Positions 56,001-64,000 of a DNA stretch of 64,000 nt are shown one piece after another; positions within the stretch are counted from its first letter, which is position 1; each line of letters opens with the position of its first letter. A program made the position numbers and the translations under genes. The notes under the pieces are model-generated. The model was not told the DNA's origin. It ran no database searches and saw only the letters and a list, made by a program, of their open reading frames with translations. The stretch lies in contig JAPMXV010000054.1 in the NCBI GenBank assembly GCA_026936335.1, positions 310,001 through 374,000 of the forward strand, in the 5' to 3' direction. This stretch comes from Mantamonas sphyraenae STR306 (Eukaryota; Protista; CRuMs).

Positions 56001-56538
56001 CCTGTGGCACCCGCGGCTACGCGACCGCGTGCGCATGTTCAGCCGTTTTGTGAAGCTGCTGGACCACCTGCATCGATACCGAAACTACTTTAGCATGTAC
56101 GCCGTGGTGGCCGGACTGAACAACAGCGCCGTGCACAGGCTCAAGTTTACGCGCGGTGACCTGCCACGGCAGGACAAGCGCCGCCTTGCCATGTTTTCCG
56201 AGCTGATGAGCCCCAGCGGCAGCTTCCGCAACTACCGAGAGCTCCTCAAGAAGAGCGAACCGCCGTGTGTGCCCTTTTTGGGCGTGTTTCTCAGCGACCT
56301 GACCTTTATTGAGGACGGCAACGACGAGTATTTGGGCAAGCTGATCAACTTTGGTCGCTACGAGCTGGAGTACAATGTGATTTCGCAGGTGCGCTCGTGG
56401 CAGGCCTGGCCATACGAGTTTCCTCAACATGAGCACCTCCATGTGCTCTACCAGCTGCCCCAGAACGCAGACGAGTCTCTCTATCAGCTGAGTTTGATTC
56501 GCGAACCTCGTGGGTGCAACAAGAGCGACCTGGTGTGA
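53098..56538 (+). CDS. Ras guanine-nucleotide exchange factor (REM + CDC25 domains)
   Basis: REM motif IRAASLNQLILKLT...FLTCYRSFTNP; CDC25 motifs VAEQMCHID, FNSVSNWV, NYFSMYAVVAGL and PCVPFLGVFLSDLTFIEDGN. First ATG at 53098. Confidence 0.93.
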   Translation: MAESSGDADQVANDILTLGDELLERRLKVSGRNALTREAVREYEQVCEVASAQLSSLSQALACEHGSLQALGEHTVNSVVQCCQQLVAVYQVCCSAQQVDVESIRFYEHALYLAVADLHAFCHMAVSHSSVHTQLNTAIVELSMRVAQLDEDQLKLQRLAVAASSLLQRLVANNHTDFSLTYLNVCMERLVKAAESMALSRTSGPLQQLTVLNASEAVKQTFAQLKAVVYGSEAAQEKIVAAEGGNSLEDTGEDGGEGAESEERVQNVGGVRREGRASKRKGIYLGSVLTVSPPEDMEVNESDRDKWPATVMELDHAAMLDEFVLMCTCVGHLLDASVMPAQQNSDESESGMDVFRRRFSMNAGSGGSGGGQRDSLGSSRSRMSTSSSSRTSVSMAGTVSSRLSTASSSSSSLASSPAPPLYIGGKRSSSLREGLVHWPHKSEEDDGEDGNSRVGEDVHAEAASIGMALADLDLGLGGSSNSGGEDDAYDEQSGGRSRNTRSHNNKGVRDVQSWSGVMWQGDEGEGHSVIGEDMVEDAFDKIKPVDIVNALSNVNLSLWRRDSSSFETTDLLLPARSTSLASARDRMEEQMDEDTRKGAVDPTTGKPTWPWRLFHEDVDTLEEVERNCWDELDTSEYIVYAGHDSSSERSNEDDTGSDRAQGTKDEDSGTGTETDVIDWSSGRTAGARTMARKFSNTISASSRAMAMSMLGERGEDGGGNGNESGSSGQSTIRAASLNQLILKLTAEDEQQDPHFMEVFLTCYRSFTNPHEFFHKLVERYMPPRWMTELQEQTDEEPYDMQQYAMVKEVEQSLPAVRNRVYYVMAKWIESCYFDLDSSLVTKVHAFIEHQLAENGMENLGRHLTSMLMRKVKETKDARQHRAISSRTELFIMELNDNREYLFSMLFDEDVLNVAEQMCHIDYELYSVIKPQELLKQAWNKPELKRVAVNVVSMAMRFNSVSNWVTSCILWHPRLRDRVRMFSRFVKLLDHLHRYRNYFSMYAVVAGLNNSAVHRLKFTRGDLPRQDKRRLAMFSELMSPSGSFRNYRELLKKSEPPCVPFLGVFLSDLTFIEDGNDEYLGKLINFGRYELEYNVISQVRSWQAWPYEFPQHEHLHVLYQLPQNADESLYQLSLIREPRGCNKSDLV

Positions 56539-56654
56539 CTGGGGAATTGTACAAGCGAGGCCAAAGCGATTGTCGATTGACTTGCAGTGAAGATGAGGGT
56601 GCAAGGTGGCTGTTGTCAGAGGGAACGGAGAATGCATTGTGGCCCGAGGCCCTG

Positions 56655-57461
56655 TCATCGCGCTGCACGCACAGATTCTTGAGCCAGGTCGCGTGCTTCG
56701 ACCATTTGCTCTATGTGGGATTCGGTGATTGCAGCCAGGGCCAGTTGGGCAAAGGTGGACAGAGTGCTCGAGTCGGCGTCAGGCTCCAGGTCTGTGGCAT
56801 CCTCGATGTCTTTCGCGACTCGTTTGAGCTCTTGCAGAAAGTCGACCATGCGTGCGTGCGAGACATTCTCGAGGGTGTGCAGCAACTGTCCGGCATACAC
56901 ACGTACCGAAAAGGTGCCCGGGTGTGGCAGCGTGCTGTCCTCAGTCTCTGTGTTGAGGGTGAACACCGCGACGGAAAAAGGCGGAATCTCGATCCACTGC
57001 AAGCGGAGGTCTTCCGCTGCATTAACGGTATGTACAGTGTTGTCAAGTGGTTCATCGTGTGTTGGAGCTTTTTCCGCATCCCCCCCTGCCCTGCCGCTGT
57101 CCAGACGGATGCTCGGAACGATTGAGGAGTTGAGCGATGTTGGTGTTTGCTCCGTTTTGTCGAGCTGCACAAACGGGCTGGTTTCCTCCTGTTCCTCCTC
57201 ACCCACTGGACTGCTCGCCATCGGGCTGTTGTCGGCTTCCACGTCCTCTGTGCTGTCGGTCTCACTTGCATCGTCGTTCATCTCTGGAGACTCGAACGTT
57301 TCGCCAGAGTGGATGCGAACCAAAGCCTCAAAAACCGTGCTGGGCTGGTTTTCCCCCGCCGACGGACTGTGCGCGTCACTGGGCGACTCCTCGCTACTAT
57401 TGGTCTCTTTTGCAGACTGTGCGGACATGTCAAGGTCCTCGTCGAACGCAAATAACATCAT
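56655..57461 (-). CDS. Hypothetical protein (~268 aa): acidic disordered N-terminal half, compact C-terminal domain
   Basis: The ORF fills the gap between RasGEF and IFRD. ATG at 57461 (MMLFAFDEDLDM); no recognised motif. Confidence 0.55.
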   Translation of the reverse strand: MMLFAFDEDLDMSAQSAKETNSSEESPSDAHSPSAGENQPSTVFEALVRIHSGETFESPEMNDDASETDSTEDVEADNSPMASSPVGEEEQEETSPFVQLDKTEQTPTSLNSSIVPSIRLDSGRAGGDAEKAPTHDEPLDNTVHTVNAAEDLRLQWIEIPPFSVAVFTLNTETEDSTLPHPGTFSVRVYAGQLLHTLENVSHARMVDFLQELKRVAKDIEDATDLEPDADSSTLSTFAQLALAAITESHIEQMVEARDLAQESVRAAR

Positions 57462-57661
57462 CGTGGGTTGTGGGGGTCGGCGCAGAAGAAACAAGGTTGC
57501 AACAAAATTGTGCGCCAAGGCGCAGGGCACGTTTTCTTGCCCTCACCGGCCCGACACAGTCTGGCGAATGTCCCCACGTGCGATTGGGACCTGAAACACA
57601 TCTCACATGAGACCGGAAGACAGGCACGGGCGGTGGGGAAGCCAACGAAACACCGACTGCC

Positions 57662-59406
57662 ATGCCAGGGAAGCGACGAAAAGGCCGACGAGGCAAGACA
57701 TCGAATCAGAGCATGGAAAGGCAAGAAAGCATGGGAGGGGACGAATTGACCTCGGACGACAGCGCAAGCGTGACCTCCGAGTATGATGGCTACGATGTGT
57801 CCATTGTAGCCGGGGCGGACAAGGGAATTCAGCTGCTGGGCGGACGCTCTGACGAAACCGGCCAGCTTGGGGAGGCTGCGGCCAACACTCTGTTTGTAGA
57901 CAACATCGTGCGTCTGGAACTGCGCTCGTAAGTGACTGTGCCAGCTGCAGTCTGCCGTGGCGGCTGCATGGGACCTTTGCTGGCGTTTCGGCGGCGCAGA
58001 GCAATGCACAACGGCCACCGCCTCGACGCCTGCGTTGCACGTGCCCACACACGCACATGCTCACGCACGCACACACACACATACACAGAGCTGAAAAGCG
58101 CGCCGACGCGCTGGGGAACATGGCCACTGCGCTCAAGAGTGCTGTGCTCAGTGACACAGCTGCCAACCAGTGCGTTTGAATTTTCTGGCGAAATATCTCT
58201 CCGCCATCCACTTGCGCCGGCCCCCCCCTGGAAGACACACGCACTCACACATACGCGAATGACACCATCAGATCGGCCGAGGTGGCCGTTCAAGTGGAGA
58301 GGCTCATGCTGAAGGGCAGCGAAGTGGAAAGGCGGCTAGCATGCGAGGTGGTCACGCTCATGGTGCTGACGTTGGGTCCGGCCTGTGACGAGTTTGTGGC
58401 CGGACTGCGTGCCACCATCGAATTGGCAGCCACAGAGGATAGCGAGGCAAGCGTACGAGCGGCAGCCCTGCTTGCCTATGCCATGGCCACCCTTGTGCTC
58501 GAGGACGACCCGTACGTGCTCAAGCAGCATGTTGCCTGGGCTGAAAAGTGCGTCGCTCGCGAAGCAGAACACAGTAGCAGGGATGCCTCTGCGTGCGACG
58601 CTGCCCTCAACGCTTGGTCTCTCATGGTCGCCGGTGAGGAGGAGGTTGGCTCCTACGAGTCCTACCTGGGCGAACTCAAACAGCTGCTTCAACACGCCGT
58701 GCCTCGTGTCCGCGTCGCCGCTGGCCACTGCATCGGTCTCCTGTTTGACCGCGGCACAGAGTGGGAACCCAGCGACTTTGACTTTGGAGGTGCCCTGCAG
58801 CGCGTCAACAGCAGCGCCATGGCTGCCGAACAGGAGGAGGCCGACGACGAGCTACGTGAACAGCTCCTGGAAATGGGTCTCGATGCAGGTGACCTCGACG
58901 AGTGGCGCTCCACAGACGACGCTGGCGACGACGACGATGTCCAGGTCGACACCGATGGGGAGTTTGCTGATCTCGTCCAGATGCTGACCAAGTTGGCACG
59001 CGACAACAACAAACGCGACCGCAAGACCACACGCAAACACACACGAAGCGTCTTTCGCGAAATCAGGGACACTGTACGCTATGGGGGCTGTCGCACAGAA
59101 ACCCTGCACGTACGCCACGTTGCCGTCAAGTTTGGCGACTGGGCACACAAAATCATCCTGCGCGACGTCCGCTCAGCCCTCGGCACAGGCCTGCAGAACC
59201 ACCTGTTTGCAAACACTCTCCTCATGGACATGTTTGGCTACAACTACACCCCTGCCCTCGAGAGCCAGGACTCCCTCTCGCAGGACTCCTGGGCACTCAA
59301 CGACGCACGCCAGGCTGAGCGCCGTGACCGCCAGCAACGCCGTGCCAAGCAGCGCAACAAGAAGATCCAACAACGCGGAGCCGTCGACGATGACCAAGAG
59401 GCCTGA
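57662..59406 (+). CDS. Interferon-related developmental regulator (IFRD1/2-like), ~493 aa
   Basis: Exons 57662-57927, 58089-58169 and 58272-59406 splice in frame. Motifs AALNAWSL, VRVAAGHCIGLLF, RKHTRSVFREI and WAHKI...LGTGLQNHLFANTLLMDMFG. Confidence 0.85.
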
Positions 59407-59417
59407 GGTTTCCGCGA

Positions 59418-59441
59418 GTGTGCGTGTGCGTGTGCGTGTGC
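59418..59441. repeat. (GTGTGC)4 simple repeat in the convergent 3' intergenic region
   Basis: Read directly from the sequence. Confidence 0.85.
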
Positions 59442-59503
59442 GTGTCCAGTCCACTCCACCCCAGTCAACAACACCATTTTCATTTTTCGTTTCATTCCAC
59501 ACA

Positions 59504-59540
59504 GCACTCACTGGCACTCACTGGCACTCACTGGCACTCA
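59504..59540. repeat. (CTGGCACTCA)3 10-bp tandem repeat plus a partial copy
   Basis: Read directly from the sequence. Confidence 0.85.
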
Positions 59541-59592
59541 CGCACAACCATCACATCACACCACATCACCTCGCTGCACCAGCAGCCCAGGC

Positions 59593-60834
59593 TCATCCAA
59601 GGCGCATACGCTTCGAGGAACCTACGTTCCTCCGCCCCACCATGTCTTTGCGCTTGCTCTTGCCGTTCTCAGACAGCCAGTTGTGGTATGCCGGGGTCTG
59701 TTTCCACAGGTAATAGTAATGAATCACCTCGCGTTCAGACTTGGTGCCCACGGCGGAGGCAACAGCCGCAAAGTTCTTCCCGTAGTTGCTCAGCGCCAGC
59801 CGGAAACTCCTCTTTTCCTCGTTTGTCCACTCGTTGGCACGCTTACCCCTCTGCGACTCTTCCAGCAAGTCGTTCAATGCTTGCACCGTGTTGTGCTTGC
59901 GTCCCATCAGAACGCCCAGCAGATCGTCCACCTGGGCCCCTGCCATGCCAAAGAGCATGTTGCGTGCCGTGTCCACGTATGCATCCACCTCCTTGGATGA
60001 CAACTTGCCCGTGTGCCACATCAACTTGCCTCCCTCCTCCTCCTCCTCACTCTCGGCCCGCCCTCGCGCCGCCGTGTTGTTGCCTTCCTTGCTTCCCACC
60101 TCCTCCTCCCAGCTCGGCACCTCCACCTGGTGCGTCGGCCCCACAAAGATGCCCCGCTTCTTCCCTTTCTTTCCTCCCAGCGCCTCTCCGCCCTCCGACC
60201 CGGACATGCTGCTCCCGACGCTTTCGTCCTCCGAGCTTTCTCCCTCCTTGCTCGATTTCCGGTTCCTCTGCTTCCCGTACGCCTTGCCCTCGGCCCCACC
60301 TTCCCCACCTGCCTCCTGCCCGTCATACTCTGCCTCTTCCGATTCATACTCCTCCTCCTCTTCTTCTTCCTCCTCCTCCTCCTCATCGTCGTGGTCATCG
60401 CCCCAGTCGTCGCCATCGTAGTCGTCGTCATCCTCCTCGTCTGACGAAAGATCCTTGTCTGCAAACACGGCCGCCAGCCCTTGCCGCCCCTCCTTCAGTT
60501 TCTGCAGATGTTCCCTCTCCAATGCCCGTTTGTGTCGCTTCTTCTCCTTCCGCAGAGCCTCTGCCCTCTCCGTAGCCCCTGCCGCTCTGCCTCTGTCGCC
60601 GTGACTGCCATTTGTCACTTCCTTCTCCTCTTCCTCCTCCCGTTCTTCCCCTTCCTCTCCATTCACATCCGCCTCGTCCTCCGACTCTTCTTCCTCCTCT
60701 TCCTCCTCCTCTGCCTCCTCCATCTCGTCTTTCCTCCGTTTTGACCCCTGCTTCGCCGCCCCGCCATACAGCGAGCGTGTCTTTTCGCTGTCGCCAGTGC
60801 CCAGCTCCAGGCTGTCGTCGCTGTCCGAATCCAT
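59593..60834 (-). CDS. ELM2-SANT domain chromatin co-repressor (MIER/RCOR-like)
   Basis: Acidic N-terminus; ELM2 motif IFVGPTHQVEVP...LMW; SANT motif WTNEEKRSFRLALSNYGKNF...TKSEREVIHYYYLWKQT. Confidence 0.87.
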   Translation of the reverse strand: MDSDSDDSLELGTGDSEKTRSLYGGAAKQGSKRRKDEMEEAEEEEEEEEESEDEADVNGEEGEEREEEEEKEVTNGSHGDRGRAAGATERAEALRKEKKRHKRALEREHLQKLKEGRQGLAAVFADKDLSSDEEDDDDYDGDDWGDDHDDEEEEEEEEEEEEYESEEAEYDGQEAGGEGGAEGKAYGKQRNRKSSKEGESSEDESVGSSMSGSEGGEALGGKKGKKRGIFVGPTHQVEVPSWEEEVGSKEGNNTAARGRAESEEEEEGGKLMWHTGKLSSKEVDAYVDTARNMLFGMAGAQVDDLLGVLMGRKHNTVQALNDLLEESQRGKRANEWTNEEKRSFRLALSNYGKNFAAVASAVGTKSEREVIHYYYLWKQTPAYHNWLSENGKSKRKDMVGRRNVGSSKRMRLG

Positions 60835-61007
60835 GGTTCACTTTGGTCTTGCTCTCGTTCTTCTGGGTGGACTCTGTGCGAAAAACGCAAATGGGTCGCT
60901 CGACGCGGGGAAAAACAGTGGCGCAGCGGTCGCCGCTTTGTCCTAATTTTCCTTTGGCCTCCATTTTGTCCATCCCCCTTCCACTCTTTGCCTCCTGTGC
61001 CCCCAAC

Positions 61008-62893
61008 TCACTTCATGCTGAGATCAATGCCCAGGCTCACATACGGGTAGTAGTCGCCTTCCACGGTGCTGTCGATGTACTTGCTGTCGTCCTCCGTGTC
61101 CTTGTCCTTCTTCTTCTTCTTGCTTTCGGCAGACGCAATCACAGAGTCTGGGAACAGTGCCTCCAGCACCTCGCGCACTTTCTCCCCCTGGCCCTTGGAC
61201 GGCTTCACCAGAGCACTCATAAACGGCGTCTGCACACCGTAACGCAGCTTGCTCTCCACAAACCCGCGGATGGCCTTCAGGTGGATCCACGCCGCAAACA
61301 CTTCGCCAAAATTGGCCCTGCACCAGTTCCTGTACGACGTCCACGTGCGGTACACGCTCAGCTCTGTGCTTTCGCGCTGTTCCTTCAGCGCCGCCACTGC
61401 ATCCTCGTCGTACTCAAAGTCGCGCACTGTGAAGCGATGCTCGCGGCACTTGCCCTTGAACTCGTCCACAACACGCTTGAACAGCACCACCGTCCACAGG
61501 CCGTACTCGTCGTCCTCGTGCAGTTTGCGCGACGACCGCGGCACAACCTTGTCTGAGAACGACTCGTACGTGTTGAGCCATTCATCCGTGCTATACCGCC
61601 CCACAACCACCAGCATCGTCGTCAGGTTCTCCGTTTCCACAAAGTCCTTCTCCTCCACAAACTCGTTCAGGTCGATCGTCAGCAGGTTGCCCACCGTCTT
61701 CTTTTCCACGCTTGCAAACTCGTTGCGTGCACTCGTGTAGTTTGCCGACTTGGTCTTTTGCTCCTGCTCCACTTCGTGAACCTGATCCTGCACAAGCGCT
61801 GTCAGCTCCGCCACCGTCAGTGTGTCCGGGTACTTGGCGTTGTCCCACGCAAACTTGGTCAGGTATGTCTCCATCGGCACTGCCACAACCATCCCACGCC
61901 GTGTCCCCTGTGTCAGTTGCTTGTCCACTCCCTTGCGTGTGCATCTATCCTCCGTCTCTTCCTCCTCATCCATCTCTCACACACTTCTCTCTCTTGTGCT
62001 CGCCTCTGCAAGGGGGGACCGCAACTCTGCCGCACGGCCTCCCCGCATGTCCAAAGGGGCCTCCCACGCACAGCCCACCCATTGGCCGCGTGTGTCCACT
62101 CAGCCAAGGCATTGGCATGGTTGCGTCACAAGCCATGCCAGTCCGTGCCACTGCTTCCATCTCTGTTTGCACCCTCCTGTGCCCTCCAGGACAAACGTCC
62201 GCCCCTCAAAAAACCCTCCCCCCTCAGTGTCCACAAAACTCACCTCCGTTGACGTAGAGCGCCGACTGAGCCTCTTCCTTGCCCTTGCCCTTGCCCGATG
62301 ACCGCGTCGACTGCGACGACGAGCCCGACGACGACGAGCCCTGCTCCGTCTTGCGCGGTGCCTTGCTCACCAGGCCAGCGTACTCGCGTCCGATCTTCTT
62401 CACCACCTGCTCGATCTGTACATCCACCTTGCCCAGGTCGTCGCTCAGTCCAATCAAGTCGTTCAACGTACCCACGCGCAGGTCTGTGTTGTGTGTTCAT
62501 GCCCCGTGTCCATGTCAGCGCCTCCGCCTGCCCCTCAAGAAAAACACCTGCTCCGCTCGGGTTTGCAATCGCCGCGCCAGCTGACCGCGTGAACGGGTCT
62601 TTGCCACCGCCCGCAATCTGCCACAGCCATCTCTTCACCTCCCGTCCTTCCCTCTTTGCATGCAATCTCTCTTTCCCTCCCCTCTCCCGAGCCCTCCCGT
62701 CCTTGCTTCCCCCTCTTCACCGCCTCCCATGTCCGCCCTTTGTGTCCCAAAACTCACCCGGAATCCCAAACTTGTAGTTGACCGAGATGTCGTTGCCACG
62801 CGTCGTCGCTGCCTGCAGCCTGTCCCACGTCTTGCCCGGCGAGTCTTCCACCGCCGCGCTGATCAGCCAATACTCTTCTTGCGACTGCGACAT
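61008..62893 (-). CDS. ATP6V1C: V-type proton ATPase subunit C (~415 aa)
   Basis: Exons 62893-62758, 62483-62244 and 61879-61008. Motifs YWLISA, FGIPDLRVGTLNDLIGLSDDL, YLTKFAWDNAKYP, VVPRSS, WIHLKAIRGFVESKLRYG and YYPYV. Confidence 0.95.
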
Positions 62894-63104
62894 GGACAAA
62901 AAGGTGTCGTTCTGGTGGACTGCGTTGCGCTGCACCACGCTCTCAAAACACATCTGCTCGCCAGCCACATCCCACAACCCATCCATTTCTATCCAACCTA
63001 TCCACAGTCCCCCCCACAGACCACCAAATCTTTTCCATTCTCCACAATTCTCTCGCCCCAGAACGGGCAAAATCCATTGTCTTCCCCACGCGCTCACCCC
63101 CTCC

Positions 63105-64000
63105 TTACTTCTTCGTGCTGCTGCCGCTGCTCCCAATCGACTCCTTGTTCTTGTCACGCACGCGTGTCACGACACCCACGCCCACCGTGTTGCCCTCGTC
63201 ACGGATCATGAAGCGCCCGAGCTGCGGAAAGTCCTTGAACGTCTCCATGCACACCGCCTTTTCAGTCTGGAAGCGACACAGCACCGTTTCGCCCTCCACC
63301 GCAAACTTGGGTCGCTTCTCCGTCTTTTCGCCCGTCTTCTTGTCCACCTTGTACAACAGCTGCGACAGCACGATCTCCACAATCTCGCTGTGAATGTGCA
63401 TCACAGCCTGGTAGCCGCTCGAGATGATCGACTTGTACTCCAGGATCATAAACTGCGCCTCAAACTGCCGCACCGTCGGCACAAGCGAGTTGTCTGCCGT
63501 CGCGCACAGCACGTCGCCAACGTGCACGTTTTCCTCGTCCACGCCCTTCAGCCGCAGCTTCACGTTGTCTCCCGGCTCGGCACGCTTGATTTCCACGTCC
63601 TCCAAGAACAGTGCCTCCACCTTCACGTTCACCCGGTTCGGCATCAGCACGAGCTCGTCGTTCAGGTTGATCACCCCCGACTCCAGCTTGCCCATCACCA
63701 GCGTGCCCATGTCCTTGTACTTCTCAGCCACAGGCAGACGCAGAGGCACGTCGTACAGGCGTTCGGGCGGCTTCATCTTGTCCAACAGCTCCAGGAACGA
63801 CGGGCCCTCAAACCATGGGCACACACCGTCTGCGAAGCGGTCGCGCAGGTTCGCCCCATCCATGCCAGATACAGGCATAAAGTACATGTCCTTCTTGCTG
63901 TATCCACACGTCTTGCGCAGGAACGGCTTCAGGCCATCCACAATCTCGTCGAAACGCTCCTTGGCGTAGTCCACGCTGTCCATCTTGTTCACCAGCACAA
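63105..64000 (-). CDS. GSPT1: Eukaryotic peptide chain release factor 3 (eRF3/Sup35), 3' part; 5' end lies outside the window
   Basis: Motifs VNKMD, PVSGMDGANL, CPWFEGPS, KDMGTLVMGKLESG, GYQAVMHIHS and FPQLGRFMIRDEGNTVGVG. Confidence 0.92.
   Translation of the reverse strand, partial: VLVNKMDSVDYAKERFDEIVDGLKPFLRKTCGYSKKDMYFMPVSGMDGANLRDRFADGVCPWFEGPSFLELLDKMKPPERLYDVPLRLPVAEKYKDMGTLVMGKLESGVINLNDELVLMPNRVNVKVEALFLEDVEIKRAEPGDNVKLRLKGVDEENVHVGDVLCATADNSLVPTVRQFEAQFMILEYKSIISSGYQAVMHIHSEIVEIVLSQLLYKVDKKTGEKTEKRPKFAVEGETVLCRFQTEKAVCMETFKDFPQLGRFMIRDEGNTVGVGVVTRVRDKNKESIGSSGSSTKK

Overview
Gene-dense, GC-rich eukaryotic nuclear DNA. It uses the standard genetic code and has short GT-AG introns. 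It probably comes from a free-living flagellated protist; this is inferred, and the taxon cannot be fixed from the window. I reconstructed 21 protein genes that end inside the window (eRF3 is truncated at its 5' end), one further gene fragment at the left edge, and tRNA-Ser(AGA). Housekeeping genes: MYST acetyltransferase, Rab14, ETF-QO, TRAP-alpha, RasGEF, IFRD, ELM2-SANT, V-ATPase subunit C and eRF3. The most unusual region is a 29-kb cell-surface locus (18.6-47.7 kb) with three genes. (1) A ~7,064-aa multipass membrane protein, built by joining four short 5' exons missed by the ORF track to the 6,724-aa ORF. It has three modules resembling myxobacterial AgmC, C-type lectin domains nested inside Ig folds, filamin repeats, an SBBP propeller and a long Ig stalk. 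(2) A secreted precursor with an acidic propiece, basic cleavage sites, a glycine zipper and GGFWGG repeats. (3) A shorter 1,668-aa member of the same membrane-protein family, transcribed divergently. Other notable genes are a FANCA-like gene, a 7TM-TKL kinase fusion, a sterol glucosyltransferase-FYVE fusion, a Rab14 with a non-canonical G4 motif, and an RXYLT1-like glycosyltransferase. All homology calls are from remembered motifs, not database searches.
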